This document shows, one piece after another, positions 10,238-19,953 of a DNA stretch of 64,000 bases. The notes beneath the pieces are model-generated. The model searched no databases. It worked only from the letters and a program-made list of their open reading frames with translations, and had not been told where the DNA came from. The stretch is taken from contig JAXGPF010000009.1 of assembly GCA_040767085.1 (NCBI GenBank), forward strand, positions 128,001 to 192,000, given 5' to 3'. The DNA comes from Kiritimatiellia bacterium. Lineage in GTDB: Bacteria; Verrucomicrobiota; Kiritimatiellia; JAAZAB01. Position numbers and translations under genes: made by a program. The stretch's first letter is position 1. Every line of letters starts with the position of its first letter.

Positions 10238-11386
10238 ATGACTGAACTTCAATTGAACCTTGATGGCGCGTTTACGCATACTGCCGCAGAACTTCAGCAG
10301 ATGATACGTAAATACATCCTGGACATACTCGAATCACAAAGCCAGCCAAGCGCGGGTGAGCTCCTAGCCAAATTAGAGAATCGTTTTGACTGGCGGGTAC
10401 GGCAGATGTTGTTTCCGGTGGTGAAGGAACTTTGCGAAGATAAAACCGTGTCTAGATATCAACGCGACTACCTTAAAACAAATCTGCATCAAGAGGATAT
10501 TGAACAAGCATTACGCGGAGCTGTCAAACCGTCACAGGACTTCAAGAGCACGATTGACAAATTGATTACGAAAAGCCGGCTCTATCGGTCGTCTTCCGCC
10601 TTCCAGGAAGCGGTTGCGTTTATGGCTAAGTTCCGTGCCTATGCCCCATTTAACAATCTACTCGTCAAAGTGCAGAATCCCGCATGTGGATTCTACGCCA
10701 CCGAGAAAGATTGGAATAATAAATTTAGACGGTGGGTTAAAGAGGATGCCCGGCCAATGCTAATTTTGGCGCCAATGCATCCGGTTATGCTGGTCTATGA
10801 TGTCGATTCTACGGATGGTCAGCCACTGCCCAAGCATTTTGAGGATTTCGGCATTACTCAAGCGGACAAAGATTGGAACTACAATATCCTTGAACAAACG
10901 CTCATGAATTCAAAAAGGGATTTGATTGATGTCCATTTCAAACCTTTGTCAAAAACCATGTCAGGTTTTACCACTACTCGCGTTCAGAACCAAGGATGCA
11001 AGATGCGGATTGTTGTGAATAATAAGGAAGACCTACCCAGCCGCTACTCAATTTTATGCCATGAACTTGCCCACATTTACCTTGGACATTTAGGCGGTGA
11101 TAGAGATCGCTGGTGGCCTTCTCGGATTAATTTATCACATCCTACTGTGGAGATTGAAGCCGAAGCTGCGGCATATACTGTGGCAATTCGCACTGGTCTC
11201 AGGCCAGCGTCTGATTCGTATTTATCTTCATACTTGACAGATAAAGGAGTGCCGGATTCCGTCAGCATGGAGCTAATCGCTAAGGTTTCGGGTCGAATTG
11301 AAGAGATGGGCAAGCGGAAACTGCCGCCGCGCAAACGATTAAAACAACCAACCCAACCTGCTGATAACGAGAATCTCCTTTTTTAA
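10238..11386 (+). CDS. ArdC-like ssDNA-binding domain fused to ImmA/IrrE-type zinc metallopeptidase
   Basis: FRAYAPFNNLLVKVQNP...ATEKDW...RWVKEDARPMLILAP (ArdC-N-like) and HELAH...EIEAEAAAY (zincin). Confidence 0.8.
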   Translation: MTELQLNLDGAFTHTAAELQQMIRKYILDILESQSQPSAGELLAKLENRFDWRVRQMLFPVVKELCEDKTVSRYQRDYLKTNLHQEDIEQALRGAVKPSQDFKSTIDKLITKSRLYRSSSAFQEAVAFMAKFRAYAPFNNLLVKVQNPACGFYATEKDWNNKFRRWVKEDARPMLILAPMHPVMLVYDVDSTDGQPLPKHFEDFGITQADKDWNYNILEQTLMNSKRDLIDVHFKPLSKTMSGFTTTRVQNQGCKMRIVVNNKEDLPSRYSILCHELAHIYLGHLGGDRDRWWPSRINLSHPTVEIEAEAAAYTVAIRTGLRPASDSYLSSYLTDKGVPDSVSMELIAKVSGRIEEMGKRKLPPRKRLKQPTQPADNENLLF

Positions 11387-11736
11387 GTACATACTAAATA
11401 TTTAAGAAAGTATCCATGAGCGAAGAAATTATTTTGCATATTGATCACGATGTGCTGCTAAAGAACCTTATTCCTTGGACTAAAGTTGAACGCCGTCGGA
11501 AACACGACAATGCAGTCTTGTCGTTTGACGGTACTTTACTGAACATAGACTGAGCAGGATCGGAGTAATTGATGTTTTTCCGGGTTGTTTGAGTCACGCT
11601 AAGTGATGGACGTGGGCAAGCGTCCATCAGATAAAGTGCTTCTTTTTGCTCCCCTTGATTTTTGAGCATGCGGTAGCCTGCTGCGTCAGCAGCGGGGGCG
11701 CTGCCTCCTTGCAGCGTGCCGTGGGCGATTTCGTTT

Positions 11737-12135
11737 TTATGGCAGCGACGCTTTTAAGACTCGGTCGAGGTCGGCTTGGATTGGTTGGAGCAGTTCTATA
11801 TCCATGAATCCGTCTTGCACCTGTTTTTGCGCCTTGACCAGGGCTTCCCGGAAGAATGCCGCGGCGAGCGCCGGGTGACCTTTTTTTTCGTAGACCATTC
11901 CCAGCCCGTTAAATCCGTCGGGCACATCGGGTTGCGCGAGCATAAGTTTGTTGAAAATTTCCTCGGCGTCGTTAAGCTTGCCGGCGTCAATCAGATCGAG
12001 TCCCTGATTCCACCATTCGATGTCGTCTTCTTCCTCGAGTGGCCGGATTTGCGGGTATTGTTTTCTGATATTTGCGATATATTCCGCGATATTTATGGGA
12101 GCACGCATATGCATAAGGTACTCAACAGCGGTCAT
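11737..12135 (-). CDS. TPR-repeat protein (passenger); start uncertain
   Basis: GLDLIDAGKLNDAEEIFNKLMLAQPDVPDGFNGLGMVYEKKG..ALAAAFFREAL TPR pattern. Confidence 0.7.
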   Translation of the reverse strand: MTAVEYLMHMRAPINIAEYIANIRKQYPQIRPLEEEDDIEWWNQGLDLIDAGKLNDAEEIFNKLMLAQPDVPDGFNGLGMVYEKKGHPALAAAFFREALVKAQKQVQDGFMDIELLQPIQADLDRVLKASLP

Positions 12136-12663
12136 TTTATCAAGTATTTAGAGCGATTTGATGGGAAGATTGCGCAGGCCGCCAAGGCGGAGATGTGCCG
12201 GTATTGCGGCGGCAAGCTGCATTGCGGCGATTATGCGCGCAAGCCGCGCGGTGTTGTCGGGTGGGATAAACGCCACAGTTTTAACTGTGCGCGGTGTCGG
12301 CGGCGCAAGACGCCGCCCAGCGTGCGTTTTCTTGGGCGCCGGGTTTATGCGGGCGTGGTGGTGGCGCTGGTGAGCGCGCTGATGCATGGTCTGAATGCTG
12401 GGCGCGCGCAGGTATTGGTTGAAAAACTGGGCATTGACCGGCGAACATTAAAGCGTTGGCTTGCATGGTGGCGCGCGGTGTTTGTGACGAGCGGGTTTTG
12501 GAAGGGCGCTCGGGCGAGTTTTATGCCACAGGTTGAGGCTACCCGGATGCCGTTGAGTTTATTGGAGGCGTTTGGCGCGGAGCGGCGCCGCGGGATGTTC
12601 AAGCTGTTACTTTTTATTGCGCCGATTACCACTGGTTCGTGTGAAATGGCGGTGGTTATGTGA
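12109..12663 (+). CDS. Zn-ribbon + HTH accessory protein of the transposon
   Basis: CRYCGGKLH...RKPRG...CARCRRRKTPPSVRFLGRRVY followed by LGIDRRTLKRW (HTH-like). Confidence 0.75.
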   Translation: MHKVLNSGHFIKYLERFDGKIAQAAKAEMCRYCGGKLHCGDYARKPRGVVGWDKRHSFNCARCRRRKTPPSVRFLGRRVYAGVVVALVSALMHGLNAGRAQVLVEKLGIDRRTLKRWLAWWRAVFVTSGFWKGARASFMPQVEATRMPLSLLEAFGAERRRGMFKLLLFIAPITTGSCEMAVVM

Positions 12664-12799
12664 TGGTTGTTTTTCTCCCGCAGAGCATGCCGCTGGAGCT
12701 TTGCGCGAGGGCGTTATACCTTGGGCGGCATTGCAACGGAATGGTCGGCGGAGCGGAATGGATTTCGCTTGGCGGCGGGCCAGACGGGAGGGGTGCGCA

Positions 12800-14296
12800 A
12801 TGCCAAAACAGGATGCGGATTATAGCGCGGGTGGCGGTGGTTCCGGGGGATGCGCGCGGTGGGCGCATTTTCGTTTCAGCGTAATTGGCCCATTATTGGC
12901 GGCGCCGCCGGGGCGGGGCGATTTGCAGGCGGAGATTGCGCTTCTGGCCGGCAAGCAATGGCGGCATCCGGTGACGGGGCAATGGGTGCGGTTTGGGTCT
13001 TCCACGATTGAGCGGTGGTATTACCGGGCTTTACATGGGGCCAAAGACCCGGTCGGCGTGTTGACGCGCAAGGTGCGCAACGATCATGGCGCCCATCGCA
13101 GTTTGAGCTTTGAGTTGCGCAATGCAATAAGCGTCCAGCACCAACAACACCCGGAGTGGAGTTGCCAACTGCATTACGACAACCTGGCGGTGCGCGTGGC
13201 GGAGGATTCGCGACTGGGAGCGTTACCGTCTTATGTGTCGGTGCGCCGTTATATGCGTGCCGCGGGGATGTTCAAGCGCCGCCGTTTGGGCGGGCGCCGG
13301 GATACCGCCGGCGCCCGGGCCGCCGAAGCGCGGTTTGCGGCTTTAGAGGTGCGCTCCTACGAAAGCGAGTACGTCAATGCGCTATGGCATTTGGACTTTC
13401 ATCAGGGATCAATCCCGGTCTTGACCAAGCCCGGCGAGTGGTTGCGGCCGCAATTACTTGGAGTGTTGGACGATCATTCCCGCATGTGCTGCCACTTGCA
13501 GTGGTACCTGGCGGAAACCGCCGAGAACCTGACGCATGGGTTAAGCCAAGCCATGCAAAAATGCGGTCTGCCAAGGGCGCTGATGACGGACAACGGCGGC
13601 GCCATGACGGCCGACGAAACCACGCAAGGACTCGCGCGTTTAGGTGTTTTACACGAGAAGACGCTGCCCTATAGCGCCTACCAGAACGGCAAACAGGAAT
13701 CCTTCTGGGGGCAAATAGAAGGGCGGTTGCTGCCCATGCTCGGCGGCTGCCCTGATTTGACGCTGGCACAGCTCAACCAGGCGACACAGGCCTGGGTCGA
13801 AATGGAATATAACCGCAAGGTGCATTCCGCGACCGCCCGATCGCCGGTTGATCGTTTTGTCAATGTCAAAGACGTGGGCAGAACTTGCCCATCCGCGGAA
13901 GTCTTGCGCCAGGCATTCACCGCCGGATGTTCGCGAACGCAACGCTTTAGTGATGGCACCATTAGCATTGACGGCGTACGCTTCGAGGTGCCTTCCCGCT
14001 ACCGCCATATCAAACGCATCGGCGTGCGATACGCCGCATGGGACTTGTCTTATGTTCATCTGGCCGACGCGCGTAGCGATCAAATCTTGACGCGGCTATT
14101 TCCGCAAGACAAACACAAAAACGCCGACGGCCACCGCCGCCAAAAGGAAACCATAGGCGACCATCCCGATCCAACATCGCCGCCGCCGCGGTCAACCGGC
14201 ATGGCGCCACTGTTGCGCAAATTCATCGCGGATTATGCCGCCACCGGGCTGCCGCCAGCTTATCTGCCAAAGGATGAACTCAAAATACAGGAGTAA
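12800..14296 (+). CDS. DDE transposase/integrase (rve core, Mu-like C-terminal domain)
   Basis: LWHLDFH / LMTDNGG / NGKQESFW catalytic triad; RTQRFSDGTISIDGVRFEVP C-terminal domain. Confidence 0.92.
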   Translation: MPKQDADYSAGGGGSGGCARWAHFRFSVIGPLLAAPPGRGDLQAEIALLAGKQWRHPVTGQWVRFGSSTIERWYYRALHGAKDPVGVLTRKVRNDHGAHRSLSFELRNAISVQHQQHPEWSCQLHYDNLAVRVAEDSRLGALPSYVSVRRYMRAAGMFKRRRLGGRRDTAGARAAEARFAALEVRSYESEYVNALWHLDFHQGSIPVLTKPGEWLRPQLLGVLDDHSRMCCHLQWYLAETAENLTHGLSQAMQKCGLPRALMTDNGGAMTADETTQGLARLGVLHEKTLPYSAYQNGKQESFWGQIEGRLLPMLGGCPDLTLAQLNQATQAWVEMEYNRKVHSATARSPVDRFVNVKDVGRTCPSAEVLRQAFTAGCSRTQRFSDGTISIDGVRFEVPSRYRHIKRIGVRYAAWDLSYVHLADARSDQILTRLFPQDKHKNADGHRRQKETIGDHPDPTSPPPRSTGMAPLLRKFIADYAATGLPPAYLPKDELKIQE

Positions 14297-14305
14297 TCAA
14301 ACATC

Positions 14306-15136
14306 ATGAGTAAAAAACTACTTGCGCTATACAGCCTGAAGTACAACCCGTTCTGCCAGGAAGTGCCGACCGCCGCACTATTCAGGACGCCGGCCGTCGA
14401 ACATTTTTGCTGGCGGATTGAAAATCAGGTCGGCGAAGGCGGCTTCGCGTTGGTTACCGGCTCGCCCGGATCCGGCAAAAGCGTGGCGCTGCGTATTCTG
14501 GCCGACCGGCTGCGCGGCATCCCGGATATCACCGTCGGCATCATCACCCGACCACAAGCATCCGTGGCCGACTTCTACCGCGAAATGGGCGATCTGTTCG
14601 CAACTACGCTGACGCCAAGCAACCGTTGGGGCGGCGCCAAGGCGTTGCGTCAAAAATGGCTGACCCATATTGACGCCTCGCTCTACCGCCCCGTCCTCCT
14701 CATCGATGAAGCCCAACTCATGACGCCGGGAACACTGGGTGAACTGCGCATGCTGGCAAGCGCCGAACTCGACTCGCGTAGCATCCTCACCGTGGTGCTC
14801 GCCGGGGATGAAAGACTGGTTAACAAACTGCGCAGCGACGACCTGTTGCCAATGGCCAGCCGTATCCGCTGCCGGCTGCCCTGTGACCCCGCCACCCCTC
14901 AACAACTACGCGAATGCCTCAACCATCAGCTAAAACAGGCCGGCAACACCAGATTGCTTTCAGACCCCGTAATCGCCGCGCTTTGCGAACATGCCGCCGG
15001 AAATTACCGGTCTTTAATGAACATGGCCAACGACCTCTTGGCCGCCGCATTACAACGTGAACTCGACCAAATTGATGAAAAACTCTTCTTCGATGTGTTC
15101 AATATCCGTGCCATATCAACGCAAAAATCCCAATAA
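14306..15136 (+). CDS. ExeA-like AAA+ ATPase (transposition helper)
   Basis: Walker A GSPGSGKS and Walker B LLIDEAQ; N-terminal YSLKYNPF. Confidence 0.9.
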   Translation: MSKKLLALYSLKYNPFCQEVPTAALFRTPAVEHFCWRIENQVGEGGFALVTGSPGSGKSVALRILADRLRGIPDITVGIITRPQASVADFYREMGDLFATTLTPSNRWGGAKALRQKWLTHIDASLYRPVLLIDEAQLMTPGTLGELRMLASAELDSRSILTVVLAGDERLVNKLRSDDLLPMASRIRCRLPCDPATPQQLRECLNHQLKQAGNTRLLSDPVIAALCEHAAGNYRSLMNMANDLLAAALQRELDQIDEKLFFDVFNIRAISTQKSQ

Positions 15137-15787
15137 AGCAACAACACTTAAACACGACAAGTAAAGACGGGGCGCCTACACGTCACGCCCAATTAAAAAG
15201 CGAATAGGCTCTCATTAAACAAGCCAGGCCAAACACATATCCATCAATTATCACGACAAATCATCCATCATTTTTTGTGATCGCTCTCAGACATGAGGGG
15301 CGTGTGCATCAAAGCGCCGGCCCAAGGCACATGGAACGGACAAGTTCGTATCTCTGCCTCGTTTATGGCAATGATAGCAAAGATGCCCTTCCCGGCTGGG
15401 CCCATAATCTTTCGCATTCAAGACAACCGCTTATGTGTAAATGTTTTCTCATGCCCATGCGTATGGCAATCCTCGGATCAATCAGTCATTAGGTTGCCAA
15501 TTAATGCCGATACTGCGCTGTTCCTTGCACTAAAACTCCGCTATTCAATGGACCGAATTCGTGCATCCGGTTTACTGGAAGCGGTGAACGCCGCAGAAGC
15601 ACAATGTAAACGAGATGTATATTCTGCCACCCTGGCGTTGTCAAAGTATGGGGTGCGTTCAGAGGATTTACGCGTCCTTATTGATCAGGCATTGATTGAG
15701 AATGGTTTGACCGGAAAAGCATAAAGACGACCATCACAGTAGCTGTCCATAATCACCGCTCAAAAGCCATTCTGTCGGAAGGGTTTC

Positions 15788-15988
15788 ATGAATTTTCAAC
15801 GCTACAAATGCCTAAAATGCGGACAGATGGCCGGCGTGCGAATAATTTATGGTTATCCCGGCCCGGAATTGTGTCAAGCAGAACAACGTGGCGAAATTAA
15901 ACTTGGGGGCTGTTGTGTGACCAGTGGTCAACCATATTTCCATTGTAATTCCTGTGGATATGAGTGGAATTTCAAGCAATCACGCTGA
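15788..15988 (+). CDS. Small Cys-rich (Zn-ribbon) protein
   Basis: CLKCG...IIYGYP...GEIKLGGCC...CNSCGYEW. Confidence 0.75.
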   Translation: MNFQRYKCLKCGQMAGVRIIYGYPGPELCQAEQRGEIKLGGCCVTSGQPYFHCNSCGYEWNFKQSR

Positions 15989-16081
15989 GCCGATCAAACC
16001 ACGCAATACAATTTAAACCAAGATTCAAAGCGCTACGACAAGATATTGTGTTTTCTATATTTATTATTGTGAGAATAACAT

Positions 16082-16900
16082 ATGGGCAAGAAGCCGACAT
16101 CATTACGCGATAATACAGACACAATATCTCCACGTCCTAAAGTGCCGTCATTTTCTTTTGCCACCCATGCTGATTTATGGCAAAGCTGGACAAAGTTTAA
16201 AATATCGTTGCAGGGAATGGTTCAATCAGGGAAGAATAACAACGAGCTAACAAGTTCACTGCTTATGCTGGCGGATGAAGTCGTCTGGGAATTAGATCAA
16301 CTTCGCCAAAATATGCCAAACGCCCTACTCCCTTACACAGGCGACCGGAATTCTTGGCCGATGAATATCCCCGTGAACAAAGTCCAACGAGCAATTGATA
16401 TTAATAGCGTTTTTAAATCACTACCGATCGGCATTTATTTCAACGGCCCTCAGAGAGAACACCGCACAAACAATCCGTTAGGCATAAAAAATAAATTTGT
16501 TTATGATTTAGTTGCTTTGGGGTTTATTAAGACCGGTAATATCACTAAAATAGCACCATGGTCGCCATTTAATTATAATCTCACAACAAACAAACAGCAT
16601 AAAGCCCCGTTTGCAGCACAGTTTGATTTACCTCTTTCATCTGATACGCTGCCGAATTTCCTCAAAGCAGCTATGCAATTTCTTCGTTATGATATTTGCA
16701 AGAACAATATTCAGTTAGCAGAGAAATTGCCTATTTTCTCAGGATTGGCAAAACAACGTGACCGACATCTATCTGAGAAGGACAAGGACGGCAAACACAT
16801 ATTTAATGTTGTAGTGTCTGATGATCCAAAGCGCTACTGGTCCCATGCAAGTAACGTACTTGCTCGCGTAATAAAACGTCATTCTGGCATATTTCGGTAA
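16082..16900 (+). CDS. Hypothetical protein (AT-rich)
   Basis: 272-aa ORF with no recognised motif. Confidence 0.6.
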   Translation: MGKKPTSLRDNTDTISPRPKVPSFSFATHADLWQSWTKFKISLQGMVQSGKNNNELTSSLLMLADEVVWELDQLRQNMPNALLPYTGDRNSWPMNIPVNKVQRAIDINSVFKSLPIGIYFNGPQREHRTNNPLGIKNKFVYDLVALGFIKTGNITKIAPWSPFNYNLTTNKQHKAPFAAQFDLPLSSDTLPNFLKAAMQFLRYDICKNNIQLAEKLPIFSGLAKQRDRHLSEKDKDGKHIFNVVVSDDPKRYWSHASNVLARVIKRHSGIFR

Positions 16901-16921
16901 GAGTCCACCCGAACACCTATA

Positions 16922-17591
16922 TGCAGTCCGGTCCAGCACCTTCTACACAAATGGTCCGGCCATGTTATACTGCTTCGGCAATAATTATGCCGCTTGATTT
17001 TGAGCGGCTTTTCTGGCGGCCTGCCAGCGGGCGGGCGTCAGTTCCGCCACCTCGGTGATTTGCATAGCCGGCAGGCGCGTAAGTACGTCCAGACAGTATT
17101 CGCGTTGGTTGATCCCGCGGCGACGGCAGCTTTCCAGCGGTGTGCATATGATCGCGCTGCGTTGCCCCGCCTCCCGGGAACCAAAGGATAACCAGTTGTT
17201 TTTGCCCAGCGCCGTTGGCCGGATGGCGTTTTCCACCAGGTTGTTGTCTATTTCTGTCGCAGTCGCAGAGAAAAGTCTTTCCCCCGCCAGTTGTTATCCT
17301 GCGGGCCGCCATCTGGAACTCCTTGAATTTAATACCAGGTTTGGTCGGCCCGCCGCCGGATGCCTTTGGCGCCGCGCGGAACCCCGTGCTGAATGTGGTG
17401 GGGTGTATGCCGCGGCGAGCGAAATGCTGCATATGGGTAACTCCCGACGCCCGCCATCCTGAACCAGTTCCTGCCGTTGCGCCGATGTCCGCAGCAGCCG
17501 GCCCTGCCTGCCTGCTCGTTGTTTGCTTTCATACCGCCTGTCTAACACATCCCGGCGGCCGTGCATAGGTGGTGCTTGGTTGGCCGCTTAT
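16922..17591 (-). mobile_element. Internally deleted, non-autonomous IS66 relic (~670 bp)
   Basis: Degenerate left end plus tnpA 5' part fused to the tnpC 3' end (ENAIRPTALGKNNW...KAAQNQAA) and the right-end sequence. Confidence 0.8.
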
Positions 17592-17685
17592 TTTCCAACT
17601 ATCACCAAAATATTATAGTCCGGGGACAAATTCTCGCTAATTCGCCCCCCCGACTGGGTATTGTCAATTGATTGCGTTGATTTAT

Positions 17686-19219
17686 GTTTCCTCACCAGAA
17701 TTTGTGGGTGATTACCGGTTCGGGCAATTGCCCAAGGGTATGATATAGCGCCATTTCCGCGCCATGAAAAGTTCTGAAGCCATAAGATCGTTTGGTAACC
17801 ACTCGAGCTTTATTGTTCAAGCCCTCGGTTGCGCCAGTAAAAACCTCGTTTCTGGCTCTGATCCAGTTCAAAAGCAGCTCCTCGTGTTTAGCAATGGTTT
17901 TAGCCGCCTTAATGATTGGCGCAATGCGGCTACGACAGGCGCGCTTGACCCATGCCTGGAGATAATTACGCGCCCAGGTTGGGCTGTGATAGCTCCAAAA
18001 ATGCTGAAAGCTTTCCTTGAACAAATAGGCGCGGCCGGTTTGCAGTCTTGTGCCCAATATCCGATCAAGCATTTCGCGAGCTTTGCCGCGCACGCGGGTT
18101 TTGCGGCGCAGCAAGGTCCAGCGCATTTTCTTGAGTTTTTGCTTGGCCGCCGGACGCGCTGTCATCGCCGCCATATCCCGGCGCCGGACCTCGTCCACGG
18201 CGGCATTCAAGGTTTGCACGACATGGAAGCGGTCAATCATGTGGCAACCGTGGCTGAGGCTCGCAGCAATGACTTTCAGATAAGGTCGCCACATATCGCT
18301 ACATATATGTCGAATGCCGGCCAGCACGGGTTTTCCCAAAGATTGCAACCCTTTACGCAGCGCGGCCGCCCGGCGGGTTTGGCCGACCCAGAGCAATCGG
18401 CGGCATTGCGCATCAATCTGATAGATCAAGGTCAGATAGTTCTTGCTCTTTTTACCGTTGCCTACGTGGAGTTCATCAACACCAATCGCCGTTATATTGG
18501 CCAATTCCCGGTGCGCCAAGCCCCATTCCACCATCCACTCGACCGACCGATAAACCGCCTGCCAACTGACTTTGAAAATCAGCGCCGTCTCTTTCCAGGA
18601 CAACCTCCGCGCCCAGTTCCCCAAAAAAAGCATCAGCGCCTTGCTGTAGGGTCGTTTGCCATCGCTCCAAGGCAGCGCTTCCACCACCACGCCATGTTCG
18701 GGGCAATTTACCCGGCGCGGACTATAATGCAAAAAAGCCGGCACATTCAAAATGGGCACAAACGCCCATATCCGTTCAGGCAGAGTGTCGTATGTCGCCA
18801 GCGGTCGCCCGCAACGCGAGCAGCATGCCGCGCGTTGGCGATGCGGACGAATGCTTATATCCACTTTCCATTGGCCGCGACGATCCAAAACCATACAAGT
18901 TTCCTGATAAATAAAACGTTTCAAAGGTTGCAAACGATTCAAAATTGTTTTAAGTTTCACCTTGGGCTGGTCCTCCTTTTTTTGTGTTCACCCATTGCAT
19001 ACGCAATGGATTACGGAAAGGCCAGCCTATTTTTTTGCCGCCGCTTTATCTCCGTTCCGCCATCGCGCCAATCAGGAGTTATTAATCAGGCTGCTGCGGG
19101 GCCGCCAAACGCCCAAAGCGGCAGGCTGTTAATAACTCCACCATCTTTTGGCGCCATTGCTTGGAGAACTTCTTAAACTTTAAAACCTGTTTTTTACCCA
19201 CAAATTCTGGTTAGGAGCC
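17686..19219 (-). mobile_element. ISL3-family element, intact copy A (1534 bp)
   Basis: IRs GGCTCCTAACCAGAATTTGTGGGT / GTTTCCTCACCAGAATTTGTGGGT; 8-bp TSD TGATTTAT. Confidence 0.95.
17692..18960 (-). CDS. ISL3 transposase
   Basis: CSRCG zinc finger, IGVDE, SDMW, DRFHV and EGLNNK motifs. Confidence 0.95.
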   Translation of the reverse strand: MKLKTILNRLQPLKRFIYQETCMVLDRRGQWKVDISIRPHRQRAACCSRCGRPLATYDTLPERIWAFVPILNVPAFLHYSPRRVNCPEHGVVVEALPWSDGKRPYSKALMLFLGNWARRLSWKETALIFKVSWQAVYRSVEWMVEWGLAHRELANITAIGVDELHVGNGKKSKNYLTLIYQIDAQCRRLLWVGQTRRAAALRKGLQSLGKPVLAGIRHICSDMWRPYLKVIAASLSHGCHMIDRFHVVQTLNAAVDEVRRRDMAAMTARPAAKQKLKKMRWTLLRRKTRVRGKAREMLDRILGTRLQTGRAYLFKESFQHFWSYHSPTWARNYLQAWVKRACRSRIAPIIKAAKTIAKHEELLLNWIRARNEVFTGATEGLNNKARVVTKRSYGFRTFHGAEMALYHTLGQLPEPVITHKFW

Positions 19220-19278
19220 TGATTTATTATACCCCCGGCTTTTGATAATACTGTGTAATAAATTGAAAGGAGTGTGTC

Positions 19279-19584
19279 ATGATTAAATCTGAGTTAATTA
19301 CATGGATTGCTGGACTCACAGATGATGCGCCCGATCTACTGAACATCGATGCAATTCGTCGCGGCATAGATCACCAGCATGCCGATGATGGCCGTGCGAT
19401 GACAATCACAGATGTTGCCATGCGTTCTGGTTACGCTCGCCCCTCGATCTATCGTGCCATTAAGGCCGGCACGCTCAAGGCATTCCGCCCATATCCTGGC
19501 GGTAGGCTAAGAATTACACAAGGGGCATTCTCACGCTGGATGACTGACCGACAAGGAGATGATGTGGTCCATGAAAACAATTAA
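19279..19584 (+). CDS. Excisionase/AlpA-like HTH DNA-binding protein
   Basis: MTITDVAMRSGYARPSIYRAIKAGTLKA..GGRLRI; preceded by an AAGGAG RBS. Confidence 0.8.
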   Translation: MIKSELITWIAGLTDDAPDLLNIDAIRRGIDHQHADDGRAMTITDVAMRSGYARPSIYRAIKAGTLKAFRPYPGGRLRITQGAFSRWMTDRQGDDVVHENN

Positions 19585-19617
19585 CAAACGAATTGCAAGC
19601 AATTCCTTAAATAAGAG

Positions 19618-19905
19618 ATGGTTATGAACAAATCAAACACTAATTTAGTAAAGCTTTCGAATGATGGTCAGGCGATTGTAATTTGTTTTGGAAATCAATA
19701 TTTTTGCGATATCGATCTTTCAAAAATCACAAGTGCACACGATATTATCGATTGGTATTTTCATTTGTCAGAAAAAATAGATGTAACCCCGGAGATCCTG
19801 GCTGAATTTATGTCAGCTATACAAATAGTGTGTTCTCTGTATTTCAATACTGATCCACGGAATTTATTCGTCGGCGGGGATCGGATCGAATGGCCAGGGG
19901 AATGA
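19618..19905 (+). CDS. Hypothetical phage-like protein
   Basis: 95-aa ORF (YFCDIDLSKI...IIDWYFHLSEK) co-oriented with the replication module. Confidence 0.6.
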   Translation: MVMNKSNTNLVKLSNDGQAIVICFGNQYFCDIDLSKITSAHDIIDWYFHLSEKIDVTPEILAEFMSAIQIVCSLYFNTDPRNLFVGGDRIEWPGE

Positions 19906-19953
19906 GGCGCGGCGGCGTTTTTTTGCGCCGAATTAGGCTACCATTAAAAATAT

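Larger units (their letters stand above)
11551..15289 (+). mobile_element. Unclassified DDE/ATPase transposon (Zn-finger ORF + DDE transposase + ExeA-like ATPase, with a TPR passenger gene)
   Basis: Imperfect IRs TGAGCAGGATC...TGATG and (reverse complement) TGAGAGCGATC...TGATG; 3-bp direct repeat GAC (11548-11550 and 15290-15292); removal restores the target ORF. Confidence 0.85.
11416..15724 (+). pseudogene. Hypothetical gene split by the 11551-15289 transposon
   Basis: MSEEIILHID...LSFDGTLLNID (11416-11550) joins in frame to MRGVCIKAPAQGTW... (15293-15724) once the element and one GAC are removed. Confidence 0.8.

Noticed and set aside
2338-17591. Composite transposon bounded by IS66 copies
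   Set aside because: Copy 1 has its own TSD, and no shared target duplication was found between copy 2 and the inverted relic.
17764-19176. 470-aa ORF antisense to each ISL3 transposase
   Set aside because: Shadow frame of the transposase with no recognisable motif; it recurs only because the IS is repeated.
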